A stretch of DNA of 64,000 bases, from the NCBI GenBank assembly GCA_951406725.2, contig OX597816.1, forward strand, positions 72,044,001 to 72,108,000. Direction: 5' to 3'. The notes beneath the pieces are model-generated. The model saw only the letters and a program-made list of their open reading frames with translations. It was not told the origin of the DNA and did not search any database. The first letter of the stretch is position 1. Every line of letters begins with the position of its first letter. This DNA comes from Octopus vulgaris. Taxonomy: Eukaryota. This document shows, piece after piece, positions 39,607 to 51,973 of this stretch. The position numbers and the translations under genes were made by a program.

Positions 39607-42136
39607 AGTCAAGTAAGAGTAGGGTTGTTCAGTGATATATTCAAAGTTGCAGAGTGTACAAAAGAAAGAATACAAAGAGAAGCTTTTCATTAGAGAATGT
39701 TCACAATTAACAGCATAAATTTTGCAGATATCAGCATAAATTTAACCATGAGCTATTTCTAAATTCTTTATTTTATGCTTAGTTCCTCACGAACAATGCC
39801 TACCTATCTTTGAACCCCACCCACATGTCAGCTCCCTCTCTTACACATCATTATTGCTATTCTGTTGCACCACCACTTTTTCTGCACAGTCAGTCATCTC
39901 CTACTCCCCCAACTCATATATCAGTTGTCACACCCACTCCTTATCTACCCTTCAACCCTATCTTATCTTTAGTTTTCGCAGCCACCGATATTCTTCGTTT
40001 CTCTGTCCCCGCCACACTTCTACTCACTGTGTACCATGAGGGTTCATCCACACATGCCACCATCATTATTTTTTATAGCTTTCCAGTCCCATCCAATCAT
40101 TCTCACCCTAAAGTGTGAGTAATCACGAAACCCTTCAAAAGTAAGAAACCTGTCCTGCTTTGGCCAACTTCTCATCTCCCAACATAGAGCCCCCACCCAT
40201 CTGGGTTTGTAGTGTTACAAGCTGCTGTATGGCAGCCTAGTGCTAGTATAACATGACTAAAACATCCGGCACATGGTGTAAAGTGGTTAGCATATGATAT
40301 AGCATCCGAATGCAGAAACATTGCCAAAGCAGATACTGCAGTCCTTGAACCCAATGGGTCGGTCAAACCGTCCAACTCATGCCAACACAGAACACAGACA
40401 TCAAATGATGACAATGGGGACAGAATTAAATGCAAGACAGACCAGTGTTTCTCAACCTTGTTATCCTTGCGTAACTCTTAAAATAAATTACACGTCTCAA
40501 GGAACCCCTGCAGAAAAAAAAATTATATATCATATCTTTCTCATATTTTTTTCATCGAATTTCACATGATAAATATATATCATTCAGCCACAGTAGTGGT
40601 TGAATATATTCTTAAGTCCACCATTTCTTCAATCACAGCAGCTTCCAAGCTTCACCACTAATTCAGTTCTCAACTAAATTGCAAACTGTTAATAGTTTTA
40701 AAGAGGACACCTCCTCAGCTACACTTTGGCATAAATAGTTTGAGATTTAATTCAGTAGATAAAAGGTACATCAAAATATGTGAGACCTCAAAGGGGGCAG
40801 TAAGGCAGGTATTCATCTTCAATTAACATAAATGTTTTAATTTTAAAATAAAAGTATACCTTTCTTAGGCTTAAATGATAGAAAAAAAGCATGAAGAATT
40901 CAGAATTGTTAGTCACATTGAACAAAAATTAGTAGAAGAGTTATGAGATAAAATGTCATGAAATGCAAAATACTTAAGGAAATAAGTAAGGGAGTAATGC
41001 CCCAAGCAATAAGAATATATTTCTAAAATGAATGTTTACATTGAAGGGTGAGCTGGCAGAAACATTAGCATGCCATGTGAAATGCCTAGCGGTATTTTGT
41101 CTGTCTTTACATTCTGAGTTCAAATTCCACCGAGGTTGACTTTATCTTTTATCCATTTCGGATCTATTCAATTCGACGTACAGATTAATTAATTTTTTTT
41201 AACTAAACACTTTGAAACTTCAGATACTGGTAGAATGTGTCACATAGAACAGGCTTTACTCTTAATGTTTTTGACAAAATTTTGTATTTTAGAAGTTATT
41301 TCGTCAGAACTTACAGAGTGACAATGGACAAATTTGTGTTTGATAAGTATCAATGCACGAAACTCTCAGCTTTTGACTTACTCTCTAACTTCTGCCCATG
41401 ATATTATACACATTACATATTATTATATACGCAATCGAACCAATGAAAGAGCCTCTACCTGGTCACTTGACATGCTAAAAATAGCAACCAAAATATCCCC
41501 CTACCTAAATCATATGCCCATTGTACCTAATGTCCTAGATTATCCCTAAAGAGATGGTTTGCTGAAGGCTGGGATGTCTTTGATGATAGGTTTGCAGTAT
41601 CAGGGTTGAATTGAGGCTAAATTACAACATTATGGTAAATTTCTATATTAACACCCGCATGATTTTCATTAAGAGAAAAAAATAAAAGGATTTTTTGCGT
41701 GGAATCAAGTACCTGATCTAATATATTGCAAATCCCTTATTTTGGTTCAGTAAAAATGGACCCCCACCCAATCCCGGAATCATTGGAAATTTTTGTTTTT
41801 TCATTGAATGAATTCCTGTCACCTCTTAATATTGCAAAATTAAGTTACTTAAGGTGAGTCTGGGAACTGATGGTTTTGGGGTCTTGTTGTTTGTAACTTT
41901 TGGTAAGCCATGGTGCAACAAACAGCATGGTAAAAATCTCTGCCACTAATTTGGTGTGGATGGGTAATATCAAATAATTCAATCATAACATATATTTAAA
42001 TTAAACAGGAAAAACATTGAAATATTATCTTTCAGTATTTTATAAGGTAAAATGCTAAATTATTAATTGACACATTATTAATTATCTTATAACAGCAATG
42101 CCTGGAAAAATCATGGATTACATGGAAAAATGCAAG

Positions 42137-42589
42137 CATGAAAAGCAATATTCTTAAGATTATAAACCTGGAAAAGTACAGGACAAGTCATTACACATGT
42201 AAAAGTATAGGACAAACTATTACTTCAAGTAAAGTAAAGAATAAGAAACTTTTTACTTAAAATATTGCAGCTAAAGATAAAATTTGAATATTAAAACTTA
42301 TTTTATTATAGTTTACAAATAACACTATGCTTGTTTAAGTAGAATTTGGCTAATTTACTACTTTAAATACAGAAAAAAGTGACTAATTAGACAAACTTAC
42401 AAATTAGCTGAACAGTTTTGTACAATAAATTTAAAAGATGAGAACTGTAAAGAGTGATAAATTAGAAAATCTGGCATTCTTTGCTGCAATATTTTAAGTA
42501 AAAAGTTTCTTATTCTTTACTTTATTAGAAGTAATAGCATGTCCTCTACTTTTCCAGGTTTATAATCTTAAGAATATTCCTTTTCATGT
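42137..42589. repeat. Imperfect inverted repeat (arms ~105-135 bp), probable MITE
   Basis: ...AAGTAAAGAATAAGAAACTTTTTACTTAAAATATTGCAGC is inverted from 42483 onward. Confidence 0.75.
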
Positions 42590-43136
42590 AATTCATATAC
42601 ATGGTTGTTATATTTTTTCATAACATAAGGTTAAATAGGATGATGTCTATATTACAATGACCAATAATATGTAGTGCATGTATAGTGACATTACGATCAT
42701 GAAATTAGCATTAGCTTATTTCGTCAATATAGCTCTTTAACTGGGACCCCTGAAAACCTTTTGTGAAACCCTAGGGTTCCAGGGACCCCGGTTGAGAAAT
42801 GCTGTTATAGACCGTGCACAGTAATTAAAACAAGCAGTGAACACTTATTCCTAAGCCAACATTTTTCTATTATGTCAAATGTGAAAGCTTTTGTGTAGAA
42901 GCTGATGCAGAATACAAAGTTTCCAATTTCAGGGAAAAGTAAAAAAGTGATCTCTAAATTAGAAAATTACTATTTTTAAATCAAACAACATGAGATATTC
43001 AGTAACAGTACTTTGTAGTAAAGATTGCTTAAAAATAGTAATTTTCTAATTTATAGATCAGTGACTAGTTGCCACTTTGAAAACTATATATTTCGAAAGG
43101 GGGATTTGGCAGCGCCGCCTCTAGCCGAACAGTTAT

Positions 43137-43181
43137 TCTGTGCTGATGAAGGGAAATAACCCGGAAATCATGATACACAGA
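43137..43181 (+). ncRNA. Minimal type-I hammerhead ribozyme motif
   Basis: UCUGUG-CUGAUGA-aGGGaaauaaCCCg-GAAA-UCAUGA-UA-CACAGA: perfect 6-bp stem I, palindromic stem III AUCAUGAU. Confidence 0.78.
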
Positions 43182-44169
43182 TATTGTTTTGAGCTGAGTG
43201 GGGGTGCTAGATTCCCTTGTTCAAAAATATAAGGACACAGATCGTGTTGTATAGCCAGCTGGAGATGATGTCTCCTGGGGCTAAATTAGAGCAACATTCG
43301 TCCTAAACCAGGACTTCCATGTTATGTTGGCAAGCAATCCTTACTACAAAAGTGATCTCCTTTACACCTCACCCCACCCCGTTTTCGGACCCCTGCCAAA
43401 GGGTTTTGTATCATATTAGGAGGTTACAGGAATTCATTCAACGACAAAAAAAAAATTCCAATGATTCCGGGATGGAGGGGGGACCCCCCCCCCACCTCTT
43501 CCGATTTGCAGCATATTATTCGACGCAAAAAAAATTTTTTTTTTTTCTTAGTGAAAATCGTCCGGGTGTTAAAATTTACCAAAAACCTGAGCCATGTGGT
43601 TGGGAAGCAAGCTTCTTGCCACACGACCACGCCTGAAGAAATTTTTTTTCTTCTTTTTCTATTTGGTCTATCAGATCCTTGAATTGAATACGTGTTGAAA
43701 CAGATTCGATTGGGCTATTTATGGCAATAATAAAATAACAACAAATGAAAATGATATCCTGTCCGTTTATAAATGCGCCCTCCACTCCACATAATTTACC
43801 GAAAATAATGTGACTGACACGTTCGTAGCTTTCACTTTCGACAACGAACTGAAATGGCAGCGGTTAAAAGTGAAAGACGCAATAAACGAATATGAAACAG
43901 GACCCTTAGAAATTGCCGAAATGCAAGAAATTAAATAAGAAATAGGTTACAAACTACAGAATTTTCTCAAGAAAGCCAAGAGAAAAAGATATTTTATAAA
44001 CACATTCTACCAGTATACGAAGTTTTAAATTTTTTAGTTACATTGAAATTATTTAAAAAATCTGCCGGTCAAAGTGAAAAGATCCGAAATCCGTCGTGCA
44101 ACACCGTTTGACAACCTGAGTCGGTTTGTTTACGTCTCCGCAACTTAGCTGTTCAGCAAACGAGACCGC

Positions 44170-44260
44170 GGCGGAGGTAAAGAATACGTACACAACCCGT
44201 TTTCGGTGTAACAAAAACTCTAACCCTTATCACCGGGTGTACGTATTCTTTACTTTCGCC
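44170..44260. mobile_element. 91-bp MITE with 9-bp target-site duplication, inside a SINE
   Basis: TIR GGCG(G/A)A(G/A)GTAAAGAATACGTACAC; CGAGACCGC repeated on both sides. Confidence 0.88.
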
Positions 44261-45577
44261 CGAGACCGCTAGAATAAGTACCAGACTAAGAACAGAATAT
44301 AATAAAACATAAGTACTTGGTTAAATTTATTTGACAGAAACCCCTGAAAGTGGTGCCCCACCCAAAATGGCTGAAACGAAAGATACTCTTTCATTTTTAC
44401 CAATAAACCAAAAAGGCATCGGTAAAAGTGAAAACAAGATGAAGTAAAAAATGCAATTAACTAATAACCAAATAACACGCAAACTTCATTCACTATAAAC
44501 GTTCTCGTTTTCAATTTGATGCAAAAATTTAGAAGATCTTTAAAAATTTCGATGTTTCCATAGTTTAGGTGATTTAATACGTATGACACGGACATCGTAA
44601 CAAGCGCAGTTAAAGCATAGATGTCCTTGGAGATAAAAAGGCCATTGCTGATTAACTACACAATTAATCATGCTATTTTTCCATGTGAGCAATAATAAAT
44701 TTCTTGGTGGGGCTCACGGCCTTTCTATGAGTATAGATAACTTAGGAAACCTATCCATATATAGTGAGACTGTTAACTCTTAACTTATCAAACATTAGGC
44801 AGTTGTATATACACGATACACATGCATTTGTAATTTGTCACACATTCCCGCACACATACGAATATCTGCATATTCTGGTTGCTTTCGTTATTACATAGAT
44901 CGCATAGTGAAAGATTATGTCAAACATGTGCAACCTGCGGCCCGCGGGACTTTCTGCAAGACACGCCTGACGAAAAGTTACCCCCTTTTTTTTTTTTTAG
45001 CAGTGCGGCTCTCTTTCCAAAAATAAAACAAAGTAAAAAGATTACCTATGCTTGCCCTATGTGATCAAATGACCTGCAAGAAATAGCAGTCGAATCTCTC
45101 AAACATCCTACAGTATTGAATAAATAAATAAATAAATAAAATAAAGATAAAAACACTTAAGATAACCTGGATCAGAGTTCACTACACTGAAAAAAAAGGG
45201 CTCACGGTTTTTATGGAGGGAATACTTTTATCGTAGGCCAAGTTGATCGTAACTGACCCGAGAGTAAACGCCAACAGCTTTAGAGACTTTAGTAAAAAAT
45301 ATGTTCCTAGACAACTAATATGGTAAAGCATTTACATCGTGGGTGAGACAGATTGGCCATTCAAAAACACAACGACTGTTCATTTTACTTAAACATGTAT
45401 TACTTTTAATTTGGTGCCAAAACTGAATAAACGTTTAAGTTTACAGTTTTTGTGCATGCTTTCGAATTGTTTAAATGCAGTCGTTCTCTACCAAGGACCC
45501 TATTTATTGAAACGAGTTTTTCCACGGACCCCTTTTAATATGCTTAGCCTTATGTAGATATATATATATATATATAT

Positions 45578-45930
45578 AATTAAAAATGAGGGTGTCTAAA
45601 AGACACCAACATGCCGAAATAGCAGTCGAAACACTGACTATAGTACCACGTTAAATGTTCATATTGCACCATGAGGTAAAGCGGAGGGACAAAACATACA
45701 AGCAAAAATTATTGAATAATTCAAGATCCAAGGATTTCTGGTTCTGCTTTAGATAAGCTTTACGAACCAGAAATCCTTGGATCTTGAATTATTCAATAAT
45801 TTTTGCTTGTATGTTTTGTCCCTCCGCTTTACCTCATGGTGCGATATGAACATTTAACGTGGTACTATAGTCAGTGTTTCGACTGCTATTTCGGCATGTT
45901 GGTGTCTTTTAGACACCCTCATTTTTAATT
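45578..45930. repeat. Near-perfect inverted repeat, 167-bp arms, 19-nt spacer
   Basis: 45578-45744 is the reverse complement of 45764-45930, with one mismatch (T45665/G45843). Confidence 0.97.
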
Positions 45931-47668
45931 GTTAAAATTTTTTTACCTTTGTAAGGTATTTCTTTCATGCTGGCCACTTGATAATTTCGACACTTAAATA
46001 TCGATATTATCCTCATATATAAATTTATATATATATATATGTGTGTGTGTGTGAAATTCTGAAGTTAGTTCACGGACCCCAGCACTAGCTTTGCGGACCA
46101 CTGGTCTTAATGTTTGTCTTACACACTGTAATTGTTTTAGCTGCAACATAAACACCCTCCGATCAAATCACTCGGCAAAATTATCTTCGAAATAATATGA
46201 AGTTGTCGAATATGTCACGCACATAAACAATATTCTGATATATAAACGTATGGGGCCCATATACGCAACCACATGCTTGAATCCTCGAATACCTACAAAA
46301 TTTTAATATACAGTACTTCACTGTTTATAAAACGGTAATAAGCCAGCTTAATTAGTCTCACTAATCACAGGTCTTTCCTCGTTGCTTAACTCGCATGCTA
46401 TACAAGCAAAATCTACAAAAATACACGTGTACTCGTTATATATCCTGTAAAATAAATCACAGACAGTAATTAACTCAGTTTAATTAATCTTAGTAGTTAT
46501 TTAAGTAAAATGCTGATTTATTCGTAAACTGGGTTGATGTAGCACGCCGTTCTGTACGTAGTCTCTTCCGTTTTGTACTGAGGGTCGTTATGTAGAACTT
46601 CAACAATTGCAAACATTTGGCGATTTGAACAGAGACAGTATATTGCAACTAAAACAATTAGGTTACAGTAAAAAGCAACCTTGGCCACTTAATCTACGCA
46701 TTTATTTATTCACATCCGTAACGTGATTCGCTAATAGGGACCAACACCCTTCGTCGTATATTATGCACGGCTTGATTGATACTCCGAAGGGGTCTTAGAA
46801 ATTACTTAGAGTAGAAAGGATTATTATTATTAATTATTCAAATTCCGTCAAAGCCAACTTTGCCTTTCATTCTTTCGGGGGGTCAATAAAATAGATACCA
46901 GTTAAGTACTGGAGTCGATGTAATAGACTAGCCCCATCACCTACACCAAAATTTCAGGCCTTGTGCCTACAGTAGAAAGGGAACAATGCCACCCTAAAAT
47001 AGTTTGGAGATGGATAAGGAGATTTGCAGTCACACTAACCCGCGATATAATAGTAAATCGATTTCTTTACAATCATTGCAAACATAACAAAAACATGCAC
47101 AAACTATATGAAACACAGCTAAGTTCCATCACATATTTTCTAGTTGTTAATAAAGCCCGCAAGTGTTAAATTTTGACACACCTTGCGTGTAACCAGCAAT
47201 ATGGAGCCGAGACAGGAGATGCGAAGTGGTTCTTTTTTTTTTCATCTTCAGAAATCTTTTTTAATTATTTATTATTTTTTTTACATCAACACAGAGCAGA
47301 AGAGTATAAAACAAACAAAGTAAGTGGGGAAACTAATGTTCATTCCCTTCTCAAAAACTATTTACTTTCTAACAGAGACACAAGGGGAGAATATTGTCTA
47401 AGATATCAAACGATGTTTGTGACGCGAAATGGTTAATTAAAAGATTAATCCGTGTCTTCAGTAACATCCTGCAAACTCTTTTAATATAAACTTAAACATG
47501 TCGATGAATGAATCCTCAAAAGATTAGACATCGTTGTCATTCTAGTTTTTAAGTTGCCATAATAACACACTTGGATTTGCATTGAGAATACACTTCATAT
47601 CTATATAGTATATAACCTTCAATGGAATATGGTCAAGCATTTAAAGAAAACGAAAGAATTATGCTCAC

Positions 47669-47711
47669 CGGACGCAAATCTAATATCGCATATTTCACAG
47701 GAAAAATTCAT
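47669..47711 (-). CDS. TUT1: TUT1-like first coding exon, proximal copy (1a)
   Basis: gccaccATG context; MNFSCEICDIRFAS+G|gtgag; phase 1 join to exon 2 gives C-x2-C-x12-H-x5-H. Confidence 0.88.
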
Positions 47712-47880
47712 GGTGGCGTGATAATAAAGATTTCAGACAACTAATAATGCTAAAAGAGGGACCGACTATTTGTATGTATCACATAAGGCTAAGTGAAACT
47801 TAGCAAGTGAAACCAGGACACTTGCTCTCAGACGTGTGTGCACAAGTAATACAGAAGGGGCGGGTAACTCCCTTGCAAAA

Positions 47881-47895
47881 TAGATGTCAGCACTG
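47881..47895. promoter_or_regulatory. Conserved upstream motif TAGATGTCAGCACTG (CTCF-like), promoter of exon 1a
   Basis: The same 15-mer lies ~170 bp upstream of ATG 1a and ~160 bp upstream of ATG 1b, while most neighbouring sequence has diverged. Confidence 0.5.
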
Positions 47896-49329
47896 TGCTA
47901 CAATTTCGCGCTCGGGCTACTAGAAATAGTAGCCAAATCTTTCATTAACTATGTCGTACGGTAAAGGCGGTGAGCTGGCAGAAACGTTAGCACGCCGGGC
48001 GAAATGCGTAGCCGTATTTCGTCTGCTGTTACGTTCTGAGTTCAAAATCCGCCGAGGTCGACTTTGCCTTTCATCCTTTCGAGGTCGATAAATTAAGTAC
48101 CAGTTACGCACTGGGGTCGATGTAATCGACCTAATCCCTTTGTCTGTCCTTGTTTGTCCCCTCTGTGTTTAGCCCTTTGTGGGGAGTAAAGAAATAGGTA
48201 TTTCGTCTGCCGTTACGTTCTGAGTTCAAATTCCGCCGAGGTCGACTTTGCCTTTCATCCTTTCGGAGTCGATTAAATAAGTACCAGTTACGCACTAGGG
48301 TCGATATAATCAACTTAATCCATTTGTCTGTCCTTGTTTGTCCCCTATGTGTTTAACCCCTTGTGGGTAGTTAAAAATATAAGATAACAAGATAGATGGG
48401 AGAGATGGAAAGAGAGAGAGACTCATCCGATGATATGGAGGGATTCTTGAATTTGTTTGTTTCAATTTCCACGTTGTTAGGTAATGCTAAAGAATTATGT
48501 TCGGGTACCAGCGAAGATTCTGTACATGCATTTATATGTATGAACGTAATCGTTTTCTATGCATGCAATAAATAGGACACGGTTCACCAAGGCAAATTTT
48601 CAAAGGCCGAATGCACACCTTGGGCAAGTGTTTTCTATATAGCCCTGGACAGACCAATGGCTCATGAATGGATAAGATAGACAGAAATTTGTGATTTGGT
48701 AGATAGAAGTTGAACACACACGCATATATATATATATATATATATATATCACCGTGACCGACCAGGCTATCAGATGTTGCTACACATCACTGGCCATAAT
48801 GCGCTTCGCATTGTTTTAGCCTTCAAATGACGCCACCCCGCTTGGCTAAGTGAGCAGGCCAACAGAAGAAAGAGTGAGAGAAAGTTGTGGTGAAAGAGTA
48901 CAGCAGGGATCGCCACCCGCCACTGCCGAATCCTCGTGGAGCTTTAGGTGTTTTCGCTCAATAAACACTCACAGCGGCCGGTCTGAGAATCGAAACCGCG
49001 AGTCCGCTACCCTAACCACTGGGCCATTGTGCCTATATGTGTGTGTGTGTGACTGTCTTTCACCACCTCTTGACAACTGGTGATTTTTTTTTTATATTCC
49101 CGTAACTTAGCAGTTTGGCAAAAGGGATTAATCGAATAAATACCAGACTTAAAAATAGTGATTTTTTATCTATTTGACAACCCTTTAAGACAGTGCTCCA
49201 GCATGACCACAGTCCAATGACTGAAATAAATAAAGGAAAATAACCAGAACTTTCTAGAGATGTACTTGTCTGACGAGTGTGTTTGGTATGGAGTGTTGAA
49301 ACCTAAACCATTACAGCATGGGAAACATA

Positions 49330-49842
49330 TTAACCATTCGAAAACACATACAAAAATTAACCTCAGTTAACCATTTATTATTTCATGTTAAAAATTTTCC
49401 CATGACAGCATAAGTGATCAGGATGCAGTTGATGTGATGAAAATTTTGACACAAAATTTTGGCACAAACCGCCATCAAGGCAACACCAATGCCCTCTCAA
49501 CGATTAACCGGAGATGATTTTTAAAATGAGAATATCTGAAACAAACTCAACTGCTCTCACGAACGAGAATACTAAAAATGAACACGACTGCTCTAAAAAA
49601 TTAAGTAAAAAAACAGAAAAATAATCCAGAATCTTTGTCTGGTACTGGATCGATCCTAAAATTCGTGCCAGACACAGGGCTAAACTTCCCTGAAAGTTTC
49701 ATGTGAATACATCCAGTGGTTCTTGAGATATCTTGCTCACAGACAAACAAACAAATACGACTGAAAACAATACCTCTGCCTTTGCTAAGGCAGAGGTAAT
49801 AACTGAGTAAAGTTAACGGTTTTTGTGTTTTCGAATGGTTAA
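49330..49842. mobile_element. TTAA-flanked MITE with a nested repeat (nested part shared with ~32480-32826)
   Basis: TTAA|CCATTCGAAAACACA...TGTGTTTTCGAATGG|TTAA. Confidence 0.75.
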
Positions 49843-50678
49843 TGTGTCTTCCAGGTTGTAAATGCTTGAATTTTCTATTTGCACCTCAAAGTTAAAATTA
49901 AAATGTATTTGGTATAATTAAAACACATTCTTTTATCCTTAGATTTGCTTAACATTCAGAATGAATCGTACTCATACAACACAGTTGACGCCTGTCCACT
50001 TTTAGAAAATCATCTTCACAATCAGAGCAGTTCTTAGATTCTTTTGAGTTCTATTATCACCTATGGGTTTCCTTTCCATATATTCCATGCAATAATGTCT
50101 TTATTACCATATGTTGTGATTCTTGAACAGTGGAACCTCAGTTTAAAAATTTCATTCGTACCTAAAAGCCATTTGTCATCCAAAACTATTTTTTCCCCAT
50201 AGGAAAGCCAAGAGAAGGCACAGAGAGTTTGAGCAGGGATGTGCAGTGAGCAAAAGCTAAAGAGCAACCGATGCTCTCCCACTCTCAGCTTGCTGCCAAT
50301 CATTTTCACCTGTTTACATAGTCACTACTCAAGTCACCTGAAAGGTTTTATGTCTGAAAAATTGTAAACTGATATTTTACCTCACAACATTTTGATACAA
50401 ATTTTTGTTGCATGGAACCAAAACTATGAAATTCTTCATGCTTTCTTCTATGATTGAAGCTAAGATAAATATATTTTGCATTTAAAATGATAAAATTATT
50501 TAGATCTTAACTTGAATGGTGGCATTACTTACTTTCCTATAATGTTGCTAGAAATTTTGATGTAAACAGTTTTCAATTTGGTTAAGAACTGAATTAGCGA
50601 CAAGCTCTGAAAAAAACTGCATGTGGTTAATTTGCAGCCTTAAGAATATTATTCAACTACTACCATAGTTGAATGATA

Positions 50679-51560
50679 TGAGATGGTATTGAAAGGTTCC
50701 CTGACTAGTTATGTTTAATAAAAAATAAGCCATCTACCTAAGTTTTAACATCATCTCTTTTGAAATAGTCATCTTGCGCAGCAATACACCAGTTCCAGTG
50801 CTTCTGTCGCTTTTGGAATCCAGCTTGGAGGTTGTTTTCCACAAGCGAGTCGAGGACCTTCTGTGATTTCCTCTGGATCTTAACAGTATTAAAATTGTGA
50901 CTTCTCAGCTGCACTATAATCTTGGGGAAGAGATGCAAGTCCACACATGCTAAATCTGGCAAATAGGGCGGGTGTGGAAGTGATATCGCATTGTTTTTGG
51001 CAAGAAACACACAAGTGAGGTGAGCTTGGTGAAAAATCCAATTCTTTGTGCACCACAGATTCGGTCACTTACACTAAATATCCTCCCTCAAATGCCTCAA
51101 AACATTGCAGAATTCTCGATTGGTGGTCTTGTCCTGGGGGGTGAATTCTTGATGCGAAATATCACGTTTCTGAGAGTGACGCTCATGGCAGGTCTTCCAG
51201 AGACGTTTTTCTGCTTTCCAAGCACCCATGCCACTTCAAAAATTATGTATGACCCATTGTCATGTGACTGTAAGCTCACCGAAGCATGCTTAATGACTTT
51301 GTAGCAGACTCCCTGAGTTCAAGGCAAAATTTCACATTGGCTCTTTGTTCCAACTTCTTGTCCATGACAAAAATCAAAGATTACAGCATACATGTGAACA
51401 CAAAAACATAAATTTCACAACTTGCAGAGCAAACACAGCAATGTCACTCGGTACACTGCCTCATGGCAGTCACTGCTGGCTCTCACTGCAAACGCAACCA
51501 TGTGCTGCCATCTGTTGACACGCTACAAAACAAGTTAAGAAACTTTCTGGTACCACCTTG
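50679..51560 (-). mobile_element. Internally deleted mariner-like element
   Basis: PHPPYLPDLACVDLHLFPK (YSPDLAP-D motif) in the ORF track; degenerate TIRs at both ends. Confidence 0.8.
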
Positions 51561-51611
51561 TGTATAATGGCATTACATGTATGTGAAAAAAAGCTCATGC
51601 TTTATTTAATA

Positions 51612-51973
51612 CTAGCACTATGACTCGGCATCGCCGGGTCATAGTGCTAGTGCATGCATATACAGCTGCATGCATGCGCACATACACGCGAGTACTGTCC
51701 AAATTTCCGACCAATCACATTCAGCTAGCTGGCATTCAATTGGCGTATCAAGTTTCAGGCATTTTGATTGGGTTTGGGATAGAAAATTCACAAAAAAATC
51801 ACTTCTGTTGATTTTTTAATGGCTTTGCGGGGTGACTGGGGAAATGTAAAGATGTGCACGACCACCCTTGGACGGTTTTGAATGACCAAAGAAAGTGTGA
51901 GCCCTCTAACTGAAAAATTGTGGATTTGTATAAAGGACACACACACAGACATTTTGCCGTTTATATATATAGA
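51612..51973 (-). mobile_element. Non-autonomous Helitron
   Basis: On the - strand: TCTATATATATAAACG start, CTAGCACTATGAC...GTCATAGTGCTAG hairpin, CTAG|T end. Confidence 0.78.

Noticed and set aside
49270-49308. CTGACGA...GAAA hammerhead candidate
   Set aside because: Stems I-III do not form.
50061-50344. Unique-looking ORF/exon candidate, considered as an exon 2 for exon 1b
   Set aside because: No H-x5-H or RRM similarity, and the + strand exon candidate has stops in all three frames.
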